Shown here: positions 9,878-20,684 of the stretch, piece by piece
Layout of the letters: each line of letters starts with the position of its first letter
Position numbering within the stretch: the first letter of the stretch is position 1
IMG/VR virus record: IMGVR_UViG_3300021963_000023
Span: 1-64,000 of that record
Length of the DNA: 64,000 nt
Reading direction: 5' to 3' (one strand)
Translations under genes and position numbers: made by a program
The notes under the pieces: generated by a model
The model's input: only the letters and a program-made list of their open reading frames with translations
Told to the model about the DNA's origin: nothing
Database searches by the model: none

Positions 9878-10854
9878 TGAATATATTATTAACAGAATCA
9901 CAACACAATCGTTTGGTTAAGCATCTTTATCAACCAGATGGTATTAGCTGTGGCCCAACATGTATAAAAATGGTTGGTGATTTTTTCAAGGGTGAGGTTG
10001 ATAGTATCGATGAAATATGTAAATCATGTGGAACTGACAACATAACTGGAACTCCACCAGAAAGAATGAGAAAAGGTTTAGACTCTTTGGATATACAGTA
10101 TGTTGAGCATATGGACGAAGAAAGCCCGTATGATTCCCTAAGAAGTGTTATTGATAATGGAAGCGTTGCAATGCTTAGAACTCTAACACAAAGGGTACCA
10201 CATTGGATTGTTGTTCATTCATATGATGATGATATCTTTTATGTAAACGATCCATGGTTAGGTCAGTTAACATATAGTGAAACAGATTTAGAAGAAATTT
10301 GGAAAGAAAGAAATTATTTCTTTTTTGAGGTGATCAAGGAAAATAATAAGGAAGAAGATTTAGATGAACACTCATATAGTGGCAATGTTACCTTAAGACC
10401 ATATAATGAAGCAAAAGATGCATTAGAAATATTTAATAAACTAGAAGAAGTATACAGTAAAATAGGCTGGCCTAAAGAAGCCATATGGAACGAATTACAA
10501 CCAATAGATTCCAGTTTAAGTATTGTGGCGGAAGTTGATGGTAAAGTGGGTGGTTTTTATATTATAAAAGACGCTAACATACCGTTACTCGGTAAAGAAG
10601 ATGATGAGATGTTATCTAAACTAAATGGTATTGAGGGCGTTGCTCTAGGTATCTTCAATGAGTATAAGAATTATGGTATCGGTAAAGATATGATCGAATA
10701 CCCCAAAACGATTGGGGCTGATTATATTTGGGGATTACAACTAAAAGGACTTGGAAATATCGACGATTGGTTAAAGAGAAGAAAACTTTATGCTGACGTT
10801 GGACAAATGTATATAACTTATCAAATATTTAATAATAATGAGCAAAGTAATTAA
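9877..10854 (+). CDS. C39-like cysteine peptidase fused to a GNAT-like domain
   Basis: Q...SCGPTC, HWIVV, VNDPW; C-terminal EYKNYGIGK. Confidence 0.7.
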   Translation: MNILLTESQHNRLVKHLYQPDGISCGPTCIKMVGDFFKGEVDSIDEICKSCGTDNITGTPPERMRKGLDSLDIQYVEHMDEESPYDSLRSVIDNGSVAMLRTLTQRVPHWIVVHSYDDDIFYVNDPWLGQLTYSETDLEEIWKERNYFFFEVIKENNKEEDLDEHSYSGNVTLRPYNEAKDALEIFNKLEEVYSKIGWPKEAIWNELQPIDSSLSIVAEVDGKVGGFYIIKDANIPLLGKEDDEMLSKLNGIEGVALGIFNEYKNYGIGKDMIEYPKTIGADYIWGLQLKGLGNIDDWLKRRKLYADVGQMYITYQIFNNNEQSN

Positions 10855-11701
10855 AATTAAGGAATCTGAGGTTTTTGATATGATCACCCAGATTATAAAC
10901 GAACAATCAGCTAGTGAAATTAAAGTAACCGCAAGTGGTGAACTGGGTACTTACCCGGAATTCAGTGGTTTAAAGAAACTATTAGCACAATTAAGAAATA
11001 ATGTACAAAAAGCATTAAGAGGGAATATTCCATATGTGATAAAATCAAACGAAGCATTGGGAACCATTTTACCTAGAAAAGTTGGTGGTACGCTAAGTTT
11101 AACTGTTACATTAATACCTTCTGAAGAATCAAAAAGACATTGGTATTTCGATGGCTCGGCTGGTATATATAGCTATATTAACACCACAAGTATCAGCGCA
11201 GTTAACGCTAAAGTTAGAATGTCAGTAATGGATAAGGCTCAGGCTGGGTTTGTTGGATCTAGTCCAATAGAAATTTACCCTAATACTTTTGGCTTATCCT
11301 CGTTCACAAATTTAAACCCCACTGAACCAAATAAACAGTATAGCATTATACTTAAATTTCTTGTTGGTTTAAGACCGGGCGGATTTTATGAAGTAGGTGA
11401 TGAGGATCCAACACAACCTAATCAAGATTCAAAACTTAAAAATGTGGAGGATTTAAAGGAAGGTTATAGTTTTTATGCAATTAGAAGTACCGATAATCAA
11501 AAATATAAATTAGTTATTGGTAAGTTAATGCAAAATTATAACGGGTTTCCAGCAGTCTTTATAACCGGACCTGGTACTTATGAAGGTAAAAATTTAGACG
11601 GGACAGCTCCGTATAATTTAGTTCCTTCCACTGAAAAACCAGGAGAATTAACTGGGAATACAGAAATGGGTTCATTTAGACTTATTTCATATGCTGGATA
11701 A
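10838..11701 (+). CDS. hypothetical protein with leader (KIKESEV...IINEQ)
   Basis: ORF; leader. Confidence 0.75.
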   Translation: MSKVIKIKESEVFDMITQIINEQSASEIKVTASGELGTYPEFSGLKKLLAQLRNNVQKALRGNIPYVIKSNEALGTILPRKVGGTLSLTVTLIPSEESKRHWYFDGSAGIYSYINTTSISAVNAKVRMSVMDKAQAGFVGSSPIEIYPNTFGLSSFTNLNPTEPNKQYSIILKFLVGLRPGGFYEVGDEDPTQPNQDSKLKNVEDLKEGYSFYAIRSTDNQKYKLVIGKLMQNYNGFPAVFITGPGTYEGKNLDGTAPYNLVPSTEKPGELTGNTEMGSFRLISYAG

Positions 11702-11725
11702 TATAAACCAACATCAGTATAGGTA

Positions 11726-12184
11726 ATGAAAATAGTGATAAGTGAAGAACAATTCAATATGTTGTATAGTGTACCGGATAGACCAAGTTTAACCGAAGTT
11801 GAATATGTTGTTAATATTTTACAAGAAGAAGATGAGGATGATACTTTTGACTTAGGAATGAGTGGAGAAACCAATGAACATCACTTATATTATTTTTATA
11901 TTGGTGAGGCATTCTTTGATGAATTCTATGACAAAACATATCTAGAGTTATTTGATGAGTACAAACAAAATCCTGAAGATTGTACGCCGTTTGTTGATGC
12001 TGTCATTAAGTCCATAATAGAAAAAATGAAGCAGTCAATAGAAGAAAAAAAAGCAGCGAAAATTTTAAAAAAAGTAATAAAAAAACAAATTGTTGTTAAA
12101 TTTAAAGAAAGTGATATTCTTAAAATTTTAGATGCTCATTTTGGTAACTTTATTTGTAGCGAGTTTCTTGAGGAGGCTCGTTAA
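11726..12184 (+). CDS. hypothetical protein with MKIVISEEQ leader
   Basis: leader nearly identical to that of the 8140 gene. Confidence 0.75.
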   Translation: MKIVISEEQFNMLYSVPDRPSLTEVEYVVNILQEEDEDDTFDLGMSGETNEHHLYYFYIGEAFFDEFYDKTYLELFDEYKQNPEDCTPFVDAVIKSIIEKMKQSIEEKKAAKILKKVIKKQIVVKFKESDILKILDAHFGNFICSEFLEEAR

Positions 12185-14022
12185 TTAATATTCTTTAATA
12201 TTGATTTAAAACTAAGTCTTTCAAATAATGGTTCTATTTGCATATGATTGACTAGGTTGTCCACCTGAACATAACCTTCTTCAGTTTTATTAGTCTTCTT
12301 ATTATGTAATTTTATATTAACACCATCTTCACATGTAAAGTTTTTAAACCAAGGTTGTTTTAATTCAATTTTAACAAATTCATTTTCATACATACCAGAA
12401 TCACTAAAATACTTTTCGAAGATCTTAATTAATTTTTCTCTTATTTCTTTACATCCAGTTTCTTCATTATCATAAAAATCTTCATGTCTGTCATCAAAAT
12501 AATCATCAAAGGCTTCATTCATGGTTGCTTGTGTAGGATAACCATAATCATATTCTGGATATTCAACATAATCAGTATCTGGTAAATCGTGATAATCCAT
12601 ATAATCACGAATAAACATTTCAAAAGATTCTATTGAGTAAATTTCTTTTTCATTAACAAATTCAATAATTTTTTCTATTGGTGCTTTTATTATTTTAAAA
12701 GTACCCCAATGTGTTTCAAGTTCTAGTTTTTCCTCATAATTTTTAATTTCTTCTCGAACAGCGCTTTCTAAAGAACTAGAAGTTTCTGATGCAAAATCAT
12801 CAAGATATTTATCTCTAACTTTTTCGTTATTATATAAACCCGAATTATCGGCAAATTCAATAAAACTATCATAGTTTGCACAATAAAATCCAAAAAGATC
12901 AATTAATTTGGCTCTATTATCTTCATAATAATTTGATAGATACCCAGATAAAATTTCGCTAGCCTCGCTTTTGTAATTGTAATATTCTGAATCTAAAACA
13001 TCATTGTATGCGTTATACTCCCAATTTCTTAGTGTTCTTAAGGCGTCATCATAACCATCAAGAGAAGGCGGTAAACTTTTAACTTCAAATTCTAATTTAC
13101 CATCACTTACAGAACATTTAACAATATCATCTGAAATAAACGCAACTATATCATCTTCATCCTCACCGTTTAACGCATCAATAAATGGATTAACACCGCC
13201 ATATTCTTTATATATAATTTCTCTTAATATTAATAAATCAGACTGACTCAAGAATTTTTTAGCTTTCGATAATTCTATTTTAACATTATCAAGTTCTGGG
13301 TTTGAAATATATAATGATGGAAAAAATATTTTTTTAACTTCTAGCCTATCATTAAAGAATTGGGGTCTATTGGTTATTTCGTTATCTGCTGGGTTTTTAA
13401 GTTGATCAGTTGAAAAATGTAATTGGTATTTATCGTTCTCATTTTCTTTATTAACAATGATGTATAATGGATTTTGTGGTGAAGAATATGTATCAAAACG
13501 ATTTGTTCTGTCTTTGTGTTCAGGATTTAAACTATATTCTCCCCAAGCGGTACACCACTCAGTGTTAACACCAAGATAAGATGCTGCCTTTTCACTTTTA
13601 GGTACAATCACAAACCAGCTATCACCATTGTGTTTAACTTCATATTCATTTGGTTCTAACGCTTTAATTAACGAAGCTAGTGTTGTTTGGGTTTTTACTA
13701 TTTTATCTTTTACAAGGTCATAAAGCTGTGGTATAGACGTAATTTTCATTTGTCCAATCTTCATTTGATATTTGTAAACCAATTCAAGATATTCCGTTGC
13801 TTTTGGTAAATCCTCTAATTTTAAGTTACCATTCCTGTACATGTTAATTAAAAAGGGATAATAAGATCCTAACTTAATAATTTTGTTATCAATTATTTTT
13901 GTCTTGGGATCAGCGTCCGCTATTCTAATAAATGTTCTTCTTTCAACATCAGAGAAATATTTTTTATAAATACCTTCTTGATTTTCAGTTAATAAACTGT
14001 ATATTACTTCTTTAAATTTCAC
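12181..14022 (-). CDS. large acidic phage protein with MKFKEVI..LTE leader
   Basis: 613-aa ORF; ASYLGVNTEWCTA motif. Confidence 0.75.
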   Translation of the reverse strand: MKFKEVIYSLLTENQEGIYKKYFSDVERRTFIRIADADPKTKIIDNKIIKLGSYYPFLINMYRNGNLKLEDLPKATEYLELVYKYQMKIGQMKITSIPQLYDLVKDKIVKTQTTLASLIKALEPNEYEVKHNGDSWFVIVPKSEKAASYLGVNTEWCTAWGEYSLNPEHKDRTNRFDTYSSPQNPLYIIVNKENENDKYQLHFSTDQLKNPADNEITNRPQFFNDRLEVKKIFFPSLYISNPELDNVKIELSKAKKFLSQSDLLILREIIYKEYGGVNPFIDALNGEDEDDIVAFISDDIVKCSVSDGKLEFEVKSLPPSLDGYDDALRTLRNWEYNAYNDVLDSEYYNYKSEASEILSGYLSNYYEDNRAKLIDLFGFYCANYDSFIEFADNSGLYNNEKVRDKYLDDFASETSSSLESAVREEIKNYEEKLELETHWGTFKIIKAPIEKIIEFVNEKEIYSIESFEMFIRDYMDYHDLPDTDYVEYPEYDYGYPTQATMNEAFDDYFDDRHEDFYDNEETGCKEIREKLIKIFEKYFSDSGMYENEFVKIELKQPWFKNFTCEDGVNIKLHNKKTNKTEEGYVQVDNLVNHMQIEPLFERLSFKSILKNIN

Positions 14023-15577
14023 TTAATCTATCGTTTAATATTTCATTAAAATTATTTCTATCTATTGATGGGTACCATCTATTATCAACATCAAATCTAG
14101 CTTTTTCAATATACCCGTCACCCAATAATTCACTAAATAAACATTCACCATCTGCACTATCATCACCACAACGCTCAATTAATTCATCTATTGTTTCATC
14201 ATCAATTTTGTTTGATGAAATTAAATCTTCTAAATTAATTTCAATAGCAACACCCTCGTCATTCATATTAATTACATTACCAAATTCACTAAAGGCACTT
14301 TTTAATTCATCATACATATATCTTTCATAATCTTGGGCCTCAGCATCATTTATTGATGCGCGTAATCTATCTTTAATTTCATCATCATGATCATACTCTT
14401 CAATTATTTCTTTTAAATCCGTTTCATCAAACTCATCAACACCATTTTTTTGTTTTAAAATCCCTATAATTTTTTCTGAGTTCTCCTCATTTAGATCATA
14501 ATCAATAGCCGATCTCCACTCAGCATACTCGTAATTATCCCAGTATTGGTATGTGTCACCCATTAAAATATCATATACCACATTTGTCAACTCACCTCTA
14601 ATATAATCCTCCGCATTTTTAGGGTGGATATTTAAAGTGAAATTAAAATTATATTGTGATGGTTCTATTAAACCTAAACTCTTTAATAATTTCTTTTCTT
14701 GTCTACCTGTAAATAATTCTGGACGATCTGAATATAATTTTTTTACTTCTCCCTCAGTTAAATCAGAGATTTTAAAATCTCTTGTACTATCATATTCATA
14801 ACCAATATGATTAATCAAATATCCATTATAATCTCCATTATCAATATGATGATATAATAATGGTAGGATTAATGAATGTGAATCATTTGAAGGTTTTGAA
14901 TTTTTAGGCCCCTTTAATTGTAATAAAGTACCCGAACCATCAACTGATGCTGTTAAATAACTTTTATTTAATGTGTGATTGTTTTCAATTTTCTTATAAT
15001 GTCTTAATGAATATATGTTACCTCTACTACTCCCACAGTGACCCATTCTTTCCGCTTCATCCGGACAGTTTGTTGTTCCTAAATCAGCCCAATAATAACC
15101 AACTCCGTTTTTTCTAAAATCTAATATAATGTCATTCGTTTCTTTATAATCTATTTTAGATTCACCGATACCTAAAGATTCGTGCCATCTTTCTGATTCA
15201 TCAAATAACTCATTAAATGTAAAATTTTCATATGGTTTTATTACACCACCAAGACCAACTCTATACCAATCCACAATTGATCTAACGCTATTTCTCTCAC
15301 TAATAAAAGCATTTTCATTATTTATTAATTGGAATCTTTTTTTGAGATCATTTGATATATCCGTTTTTGACATATCATATCTTGATTCTAAATCAGCATA
15401 TTCCTTTTCGTATTTCTCTAGTATTCTAAAAGCTAATAAACGATATATCGAACCAGCAATATTACCTAATGCTTTTGCATTATTATCATTAATCCCCAAA
15501 TTTTTTAATTTTTGAATTGCTTTTTCAGAGGTTTTAGACTCTATTAAAATTGAGGTTAATATTTTTTTAAATTTCAT
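14012..15577 (-). CDS. PcfJ-like domain protein, paralog of 18376-19623
   Basis: WHESL...NGVGYYWADL...EAERMGHCG...LQLKGPKN shared with the paralog. Confidence 0.6.
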   Translation of the reverse strand: MKFKKILTSILIESKTSEKAIQKLKNLGINDNNAKALGNIAGSIYRLLAFRILEKYEKEYADLESRYDMSKTDISNDLKKRFQLINNENAFISERNSVRSIVDWYRVGLGGVIKPYENFTFNELFDESERWHESLGIGESKIDYKETNDIILDFRKNGVGYYWADLGTTNCPDEAERMGHCGSSRGNIYSLRHYKKIENNHTLNKSYLTASVDGSGTLLQLKGPKNSKPSNDSHSLILPLLYHHIDNGDYNGYLINHIGYEYDSTRDFKISDLTEGEVKKLYSDRPELFTGRQEKKLLKSLGLIEPSQYNFNFTLNIHPKNAEDYIRGELTNVVYDILMGDTYQYWDNYEYAEWRSAIDYDLNEENSEKIIGILKQKNGVDEFDETDLKEIIEEYDHDDEIKDRLRASINDAEAQDYERYMYDELKSAFSEFGNVINMNDEGVAIEINLEDLISSNKIDDETIDELIERCGDDSADGECLFSELLGDGYIEKARFDVDNRWYPSIDRNNFNEILNDRLSEI

Positions 15578-16046
15578 TTATATCAAATTTTGCTCTTATT
15601 ATGTCCATACTATGTTGTGATAAAACCCACTGAATGTTGTAAGCAACTTCCGGCGGTAATTGTTTTATAAGCCTTTTTTGTTCTAAATTATTATCCCCAT
15701 ATATCTTGTGAACAACAAAAGAAACTATATCAAACGCATTGAATTCACTAGCCATACCCATTAGTATTTCAACTTTTTGGCGATTATCTAATTTGGTTAG
15801 ATCAATATACGGGAATATAACTGGTAGTTTTTTAGTTAATTCTAAGATCTGATCGCAATTATCAAATTCCCTACACTTAACCCACATGTCCCAAACGTCA
15901 TCTGAGGTTAAACCATCACCAAATTCATATTGTTGCGAAAGCTCTGTACCATACAGATCATCGAATATAACAGCCGGTTTTTCATTGCTTTCTATATGGT
16001 TTTCAATTAGTTTCTTATATTGAGCCTCAGTAATCTGAATATTCAT
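15567..16046 (-). CDS. hypothetical protein with MNIQITEAQY leader
   Basis: ORF; TATTTATA 4 nt upstream. Confidence 0.75.
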   Translation of the reverse strand: MNIQITEAQYKKLIENHIESNEKPAVIFDDLYGTELSQQYEFGDGLTSDDVWDMWVKCREFDNCDQILELTKKLPVIFPYIDLTKLDNRQKVEILMGMASEFNAFDIVSFVVHKIYGDNNLEQKRLIKQLPPEVAYNIQWVLSQHSMDIIRAKFDINEI

Positions 16047-16081
16047 ACTTTATAAATATTTATATAACAAAGATAGTTCAA

Positions 16082-17194
16082 ATGAAGAAAATAATAGTGA
16101 CAGAAAATCAAGCAAAAACAATTGTTGATTATATTATTAGTGAACAGGCTGTTATTGGCACCAACACTGAGACTAAACAATCAAAAGTATATAATATTAG
16201 TAATTCCTTTGCTAGCGGACAATATAAGCTAACAAACACTAAAGATATCATTGCAGCAATGCAAGCTATAAATAAGGAAATCGCGGGTTATCCAGAAAAT
16301 CAACAATTTATAATAAATGTCGAATCTTCTGAATCTGCAGTTCCACCACCGGCTGGAATGAACGTAGGAGATCTTTCGAGATTAAGAGGTGAAGCTGTTG
16401 AAAATTTCTTGAGAAGTGGTAAATATATTACAGACAAGGTACAGGTTAAAAAAGTAGATAAAGGTGTTCAGGGCCCTGCTTGGGATGTAAATAAGGGTAA
16501 AAATGCAAAAGAATATAAGGATAATCAATATGTTACACTTTCTCTACAAGTGATTGGAAGTAAGGTGACATCAATAATTTGTGATTTTAATGAGACAAAA
16601 CAGGGTGGTGTCGCTAGAGCGGAAGATGATTTTGTTGGTTATAATAAAACAATAGATGTTAGTGGATTACCGAATGGAACTAAATTTAAAATAGCATTTT
16701 CTCCGTTAAGTATGGCGGACATGATGGTTGTTACAGCAGGTTCAGAGACCAGAAGTACAGGTCTTGTATCAAGCGCACCAACAAGCCCAATGATTAAGGC
16801 TGCCGTAGCAACAGCACTTTGGTATGGGTATGATGGGAATGTTCCAAAACATTTTTACGGATCGGCCATTCGTGAATTAAGTAAACAAGAAAAGCAAGAA
16901 TTATTTGGCCTTTGGTCTATGGATAACCTTAAATATATGTGGGGCCATGTTATGAAAAAAGCTGATTGGGATTGGCCAGAGGCTTTTTTAACTAACAATA
17001 GATTGTATACATATGCGGCTAACGTTATCAGAGGTACATTTAAGGATCCTGATATCCAAAAACTAACACCAAATGGTGATGGTTCGGGAGTTCAAATGAT
17101 ATTCACGAAGGATCAAAGTATGTCATCTATTACCATAAAGGTATATAGCCCTGTTGGTGGTACGATTTGGAGTCTGGGTGCTAAATGTGTCTAG
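16082..17194 (+). CDS. leader-bearing protein with OmpA_C-like N-terminal domain
   Basis: FASGQYKL...SSES...LSRLRGEAVENFL...QYV pattern; ends in TAG. Confidence 0.6.
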   Translation: MKKIIVTENQAKTIVDYIISEQAVIGTNTETKQSKVYNISNSFASGQYKLTNTKDIIAAMQAINKEIAGYPENQQFIINVESSESAVPPPAGMNVGDLSRLRGEAVENFLRSGKYITDKVQVKKVDKGVQGPAWDVNKGKNAKEYKDNQYVTLSLQVIGSKVTSIICDFNETKQGGVARAEDDFVGYNKTIDVSGLPNGTKFKIAFSPLSMADMMVVTAGSETRSTGLVSSAPTSPMIKAAVATALWYGYDGNVPKHFYGSAIRELSKQEKQELFGLWSMDNLKYMWGHVMKKADWDWPEAFLTNNRLYTYAANVIRGTFKDPDIQKLTPNGDGSGVQMIFTKDQSMSSITIKVYSPVGGTIWSLGAKCV

Positions 17195-17410
17195 TTGAAA
17201 TCCAACCAAAGAAAGCTCGTATTCTCTACCATTTTTAATATGTTGGATGTGGGTTATTTTACCATTAATTGTTGTATATCCAATAACAACTCTATTGTGT
17301 ACCTTACTTAATGAATCGGTTATGCGTTTACCTTCCTTGGATGGTGTGTCAATTTGAGAATATGCACAATAGTTCATTAAACAAAACACAGATAGTAATA
17401 TCTTTTTCAT
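17123..17410 (-). CDS. small secreted protein
   Basis: signal-peptide-like N-terminus; overlaps the 3' end of the convergent gene. Confidence 0.5.
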   Translation of the reverse strand: MKKILLSVFCLMNYCAYSQIDTPSKEGKRITDSLSKVHNRVVIGYTTINGKITHIQHIKNGREYELSLVGFQLDTFSTQTPNRTTNRAIYLYGNR

Positions 17411-17509
17411 AATCTATTTTTTTACAAAACTAATGTTATTTTCTTAATTCTACAAAATTTTTTGGGATATTTATTAATGAAATAACTAAACATTGAAAAT
17501 CAATATATT

Positions 17510-18352
17510 ATGCTTTTAAAATTAGGATCTGAAGGAGAAGACGTAAAAAAACTCCAAACTAAACTGGGTGTTGACCCAATTGGCAAATTTGGCCCTAAAA
17601 CTGATGCCGCTGTTAGATCGTGGCAAGCCGCTAATGGACTTACAGCTGACGGTATTGTTGGTGATGGTACATGGGCTAAAATGTTTGGAGAAGGGATTGT
17701 TAGTGCGCCGACAGTTATTACTGAGCCTGCACCAGTTGCAAGCGCCGGTGGATTAAAATTAGAAAAATTAAAGGGACACATCCCTGATGCTGTTATTGCT
17801 CAAATACCAGATACTGCAGCTAAATTCCAAATTAATACACCATTAAGGTTAGCACACTTCTTAGCACAGTGTGGTCATGAATCTGGTGGATTTAGAGCGA
17901 CACAAGAAAACTTGAATTATTCAGCTAAAGGTTTGAATGGTATTTTTAAGAAATACTTCCCAACTGAAGCTGCAGCTAAAGCATATGAAAGACAACCAGC
18001 TAAAATCGCATCTAAGGTTTATGGTGGCAGAATGGGTAACGGTCCAGAATCAACTCAAGAGGGTTACAAGTTCCGTGGACGAGGATATATCCAATTGACG
18101 GGTAAGGAAAATTATACAGCATTTGGTAAAGCAATTAATGAAGATATTTTATCTAACCCAGATAAAGTTGCATCAAGTTATGCATTATTATCTGCCGCTT
18201 GGTTCTTTAATAAAAATGGTTTACACAAAATGGCGGATGGTGGAGCAACTGATGCGGTTGTAACATCTATCACTAAAAGAGTAAATGGTGGAACAATTGG
18301 ATTACCGGACAGAATAAAACACTTTAAAGAGTATTATTCATTACTATCATAA
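17510..18352 (+). CDS. endolysin: peptidoglycan-binding domain + GH19 catalytic domain
   Basis: DGIVGDGTW PG_binding_1 motif; HFLAQCGHESGG, FRGRGYIQLTG, VNGGTIGL. Confidence 0.9.
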   Translation: MLLKLGSEGEDVKKLQTKLGVDPIGKFGPKTDAAVRSWQAANGLTADGIVGDGTWAKMFGEGIVSAPTVITEPAPVASAGGLKLEKLKGHIPDAVIAQIPDTAAKFQINTPLRLAHFLAQCGHESGGFRATQENLNYSAKGLNGIFKKYFPTEAAAKAYERQPAKIASKVYGGRMGNGPESTQEGYKFRGRGYIQLTGKENYTAFGKAINEDILSNPDKVASSYALLSAAWFFNKNGLHKMADGGATDAVVTSITKRVNGGTIGLPDRIKHFKEYYSLLS

Positions 18353-18375
18353 AAAAAGGGGTTTAAACCCCTTTT

Positions 18376-19623
18376 TTATTTTGCAATACTATTTTCGTCA
18401 TCCCTTTCTTCAGGATTATCCTCAATTATTTTTTTAGCTTCTTCTTTTGAAATTATTTTAAATTTTCTGTTTTTATCTTTTCCTTTTGATGGGTCAGTTA
18501 ATAAAACAATAAATTCATCATTATTTTTAACATTCTTAAAATGTTTTAAATTAAACAAAGCAGAACCAGCAAAAATAACATCGGTAAGCTCACTACTTTC
18601 ATCAATAAGGTATTCATAGTCTTTCACAACCTCTAATGTTTCTACATTAACAATACCATAAAATTGTTTAGTCACACCTCTTGTTGGCTGTTGTTTAAAA
18701 AGTATAACATCACTATTGCTAGCTAACTCATATAATTTTTTCTTATCTGAAAAGAGATAATCATATTTAACTTCTTTATTTTTTGAAAAAATATAGTTTA
18801 ATTGTTCTTCGGTTAAATCACTTAGTTGAAAATTTGTTTCATACGCGTAAATGTTTTTTTCAAAGCCATCTACAGGGTACTTATTATTTATTACAATATC
18901 AACAATATATTTGTGAAATATTTCTTTTGGTTTTCTATTTTTAGGTCCCTTCATTTGACCTAAGGTTCTTTTAGTTGGATCATACGAAATAGTCACATAT
19001 GATCTACCGTCTCTAATTTCATCAATACTTCTTAATGAAAAAATCACCTTACCTGGATCATTTCCACAATGACCCATTCTTTGTTTTTCTTCTTCTGACA
19101 TTGAGGTGTTTAAGTTGGCCCAATAAAATCCAACACCATTTACTCTATAATCAATTATAATCTCATTTTCTTCTTTATAATTTGAATTAACCCCTGTTTC
19201 TAATGATTCATGCCAAATTCTAGATTTTTCATATGCTTTTTGAAAGTCTATTCCTTTGAGATCAACTCTATCCGCAATTCTTGGGCTTGTTAACCAATCA
19301 AGAATGTATTTATACTTATTCTCATAATCTTCTTTCCAGATAAGATTTCTTGGACCACTAGTATTTAAAATTTCTCTGGCGGCTCTTTTTAACTCAATTT
19401 CACCTTTGATGGGCTTATTATATTTCTTTTCAATTGTTTTCTTATGCGTTGAGGTATAATCATTTAAAAATGTGTTCGCTATCCATATACAGTGCTTTTC
19501 ATTTAATTGATAAAACTCTTCAGCCCATGCGGGACTAAACCCCATGGCTCTTTCTATCGTTTTTCGCTTATCGGCTGCGTTTTCACTGATAAGCATTTCG
19601 TAAATAATATCTTTAAAGTTCAT
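18376..19623 (-). CDS. PcfJ-like domain protein, paralog of 14012-15577
   Basis: WHESL...NGVGFYWANL...EKQRMGHCG...GQMKGPKN; MNFKDII..ISE leader. Confidence 0.6.
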   Translation of the reverse strand: MNFKDIIYEMLISENAADKRKTIERAMGFSPAWAEEFYQLNEKHCIWIANTFLNDYTSTHKKTIEKKYNKPIKGEIELKRAAREILNTSGPRNLIWKEDYENKYKYILDWLTSPRIADRVDLKGIDFQKAYEKSRIWHESLETGVNSNYKEENEIIIDYRVNGVGFYWANLNTSMSEEEKQRMGHCGNDPGKVIFSLRSIDEIRDGRSYVTISYDPTKRTLGQMKGPKNRKPKEIFHKYIVDIVINNKYPVDGFEKNIYAYETNFQLSDLTEEQLNYIFSKNKEVKYDYLFSDKKKLYELASNSDVILFKQQPTRGVTKQFYGIVNVETLEVVKDYEYLIDESSELTDVIFAGSALFNLKHFKNVKNNDEFIVLLTDPSKGKDKNRKFKIISKEEAKKIIEDNPEERDDENSIAK

Positions 19624-19701
19624 TGTTTATATAAATATAAATAAATGACAAAATAATTAACCCTCCAATTTGGAGGGTTAATTTATTAATCTGGAAACCA
19701 A

Positions 19702-20046
19702 TTAAACACTTATTTTGTCCTTATTTATGGTATCGGCCAGATCCCTTAACTCGGAACCAACGGTTAACATTAATCTCTGTATTAGTGCTATTTGTAGTGC
19801 AATATCAGTTTTTTTGGAACCAAGAGACGCGAAATTAGCTGGGAAAATAACATCCTTAATTTGAATGCCATTGTTTTCACCCGCCTGTTTAAGTAATTTT
19901 TGTTGGTAATACTTTTTGGCATTCAACTTGGTGCACACTTTACAATAGATGCTTTTACCATCCTCGGTAGTTTTGTTTTTATAAAACAAATTTAATGAAA
20001 GGGTCTTTTTACACCCAGTACAACATTTTTCTTTATTTTCCACCAT
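19702..20046 (-). CDS. zinc-finger protein
   Basis: CTGC...CKVC; host-type promoter upstream. Confidence 0.65.
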   Translation of the reverse strand: MVENKEKCCTGCKKTLSLNLFYKNKTTEDGKSIYCKVCTKLNAKKYYQQKLLKQAGENNGIQIKDVIFPANFASLGSKKTDIALQIALIQRLMLTVGSELRDLADTINKDKISV

Positions 20047-20065
20047 AGTTATTGTTTATGAATTG

Positions 20066-20096
20066 CAAATATAGTAGATATGTTTTAATATTCAAA
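20066..20096 (-). promoter_or_regulatory. Bacteroidetes primary-sigma promoter
   Basis: TTTG-N19-TATATTTG. Confidence 0.65.
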
Positions 20097-20111
20097 AACA
20101 ATTAGTAAAAT

Positions 20112-20684
20112 ATGGAGAGTAAAAAAGAAATTTGTAAAGTTGGGTTTTATCAAATATGCGAGATAAATAACGGTAAATCAATTAGTTACGAGGCTGATAG
20201 TGGCCAATATATTTTTATCGAGCGATTTAAAAAATACATAATTAATAAAAATAGGGATAAAAAAAGATTTAAAACACTAGAAAAGGCTAAAGATTACGCA
20301 TCCATAAAACTTGGTAATTATAAAAAAATTAAAGAAACAAAATTAAAAACCCTGCCTAAATCTCTTTATTTAGTTTTAATTAAAGAGGAGGCGTCGGGTA
20401 AAACGTTTGTTAAGGTTGGGATAACATCTAAGAGATTTATCATGAGAAGATTTAGTAAGGCGTATGGTTATGAGGGTTACACCCTAGAGTCTATACTAAG
20501 AAGAATTGACACTCCAGAAGCTGAAAGATTAGAAGGGGAAATAAAAGATAAATTAAATAAAAAAAGGTCTGTAAAAAAATACAGACCACTTTTAGAATCT
20601 TTTTCCGGGTATTCAGAATGTTTTAATTATCTATGTTTAGATGATATCATCGAGGTTTTTGATAAAACAACTAAAAATGTTTAA
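20112..20684 (+). CDS. GIY-YIG/T5orf172-like nuclease domain protein
   Basis: LYLV...VKVGIT...RF...LE...GYSECF. Confidence 0.55.
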   Translation: MESKKEICKVGFYQICEINNGKSISYEADSGQYIFIERFKKYIINKNRDKKRFKTLEKAKDYASIKLGNYKKIKETKLKTLPKSLYLVLIKEEASGKTFVKVGITSKRFIMRRFSKAYGYEGYTLESILRRIDTPEAERLEGEIKDKLNKKRSVKKYRPLLESFSGYSECFNYLCLDDIIEVFDKTTKNV

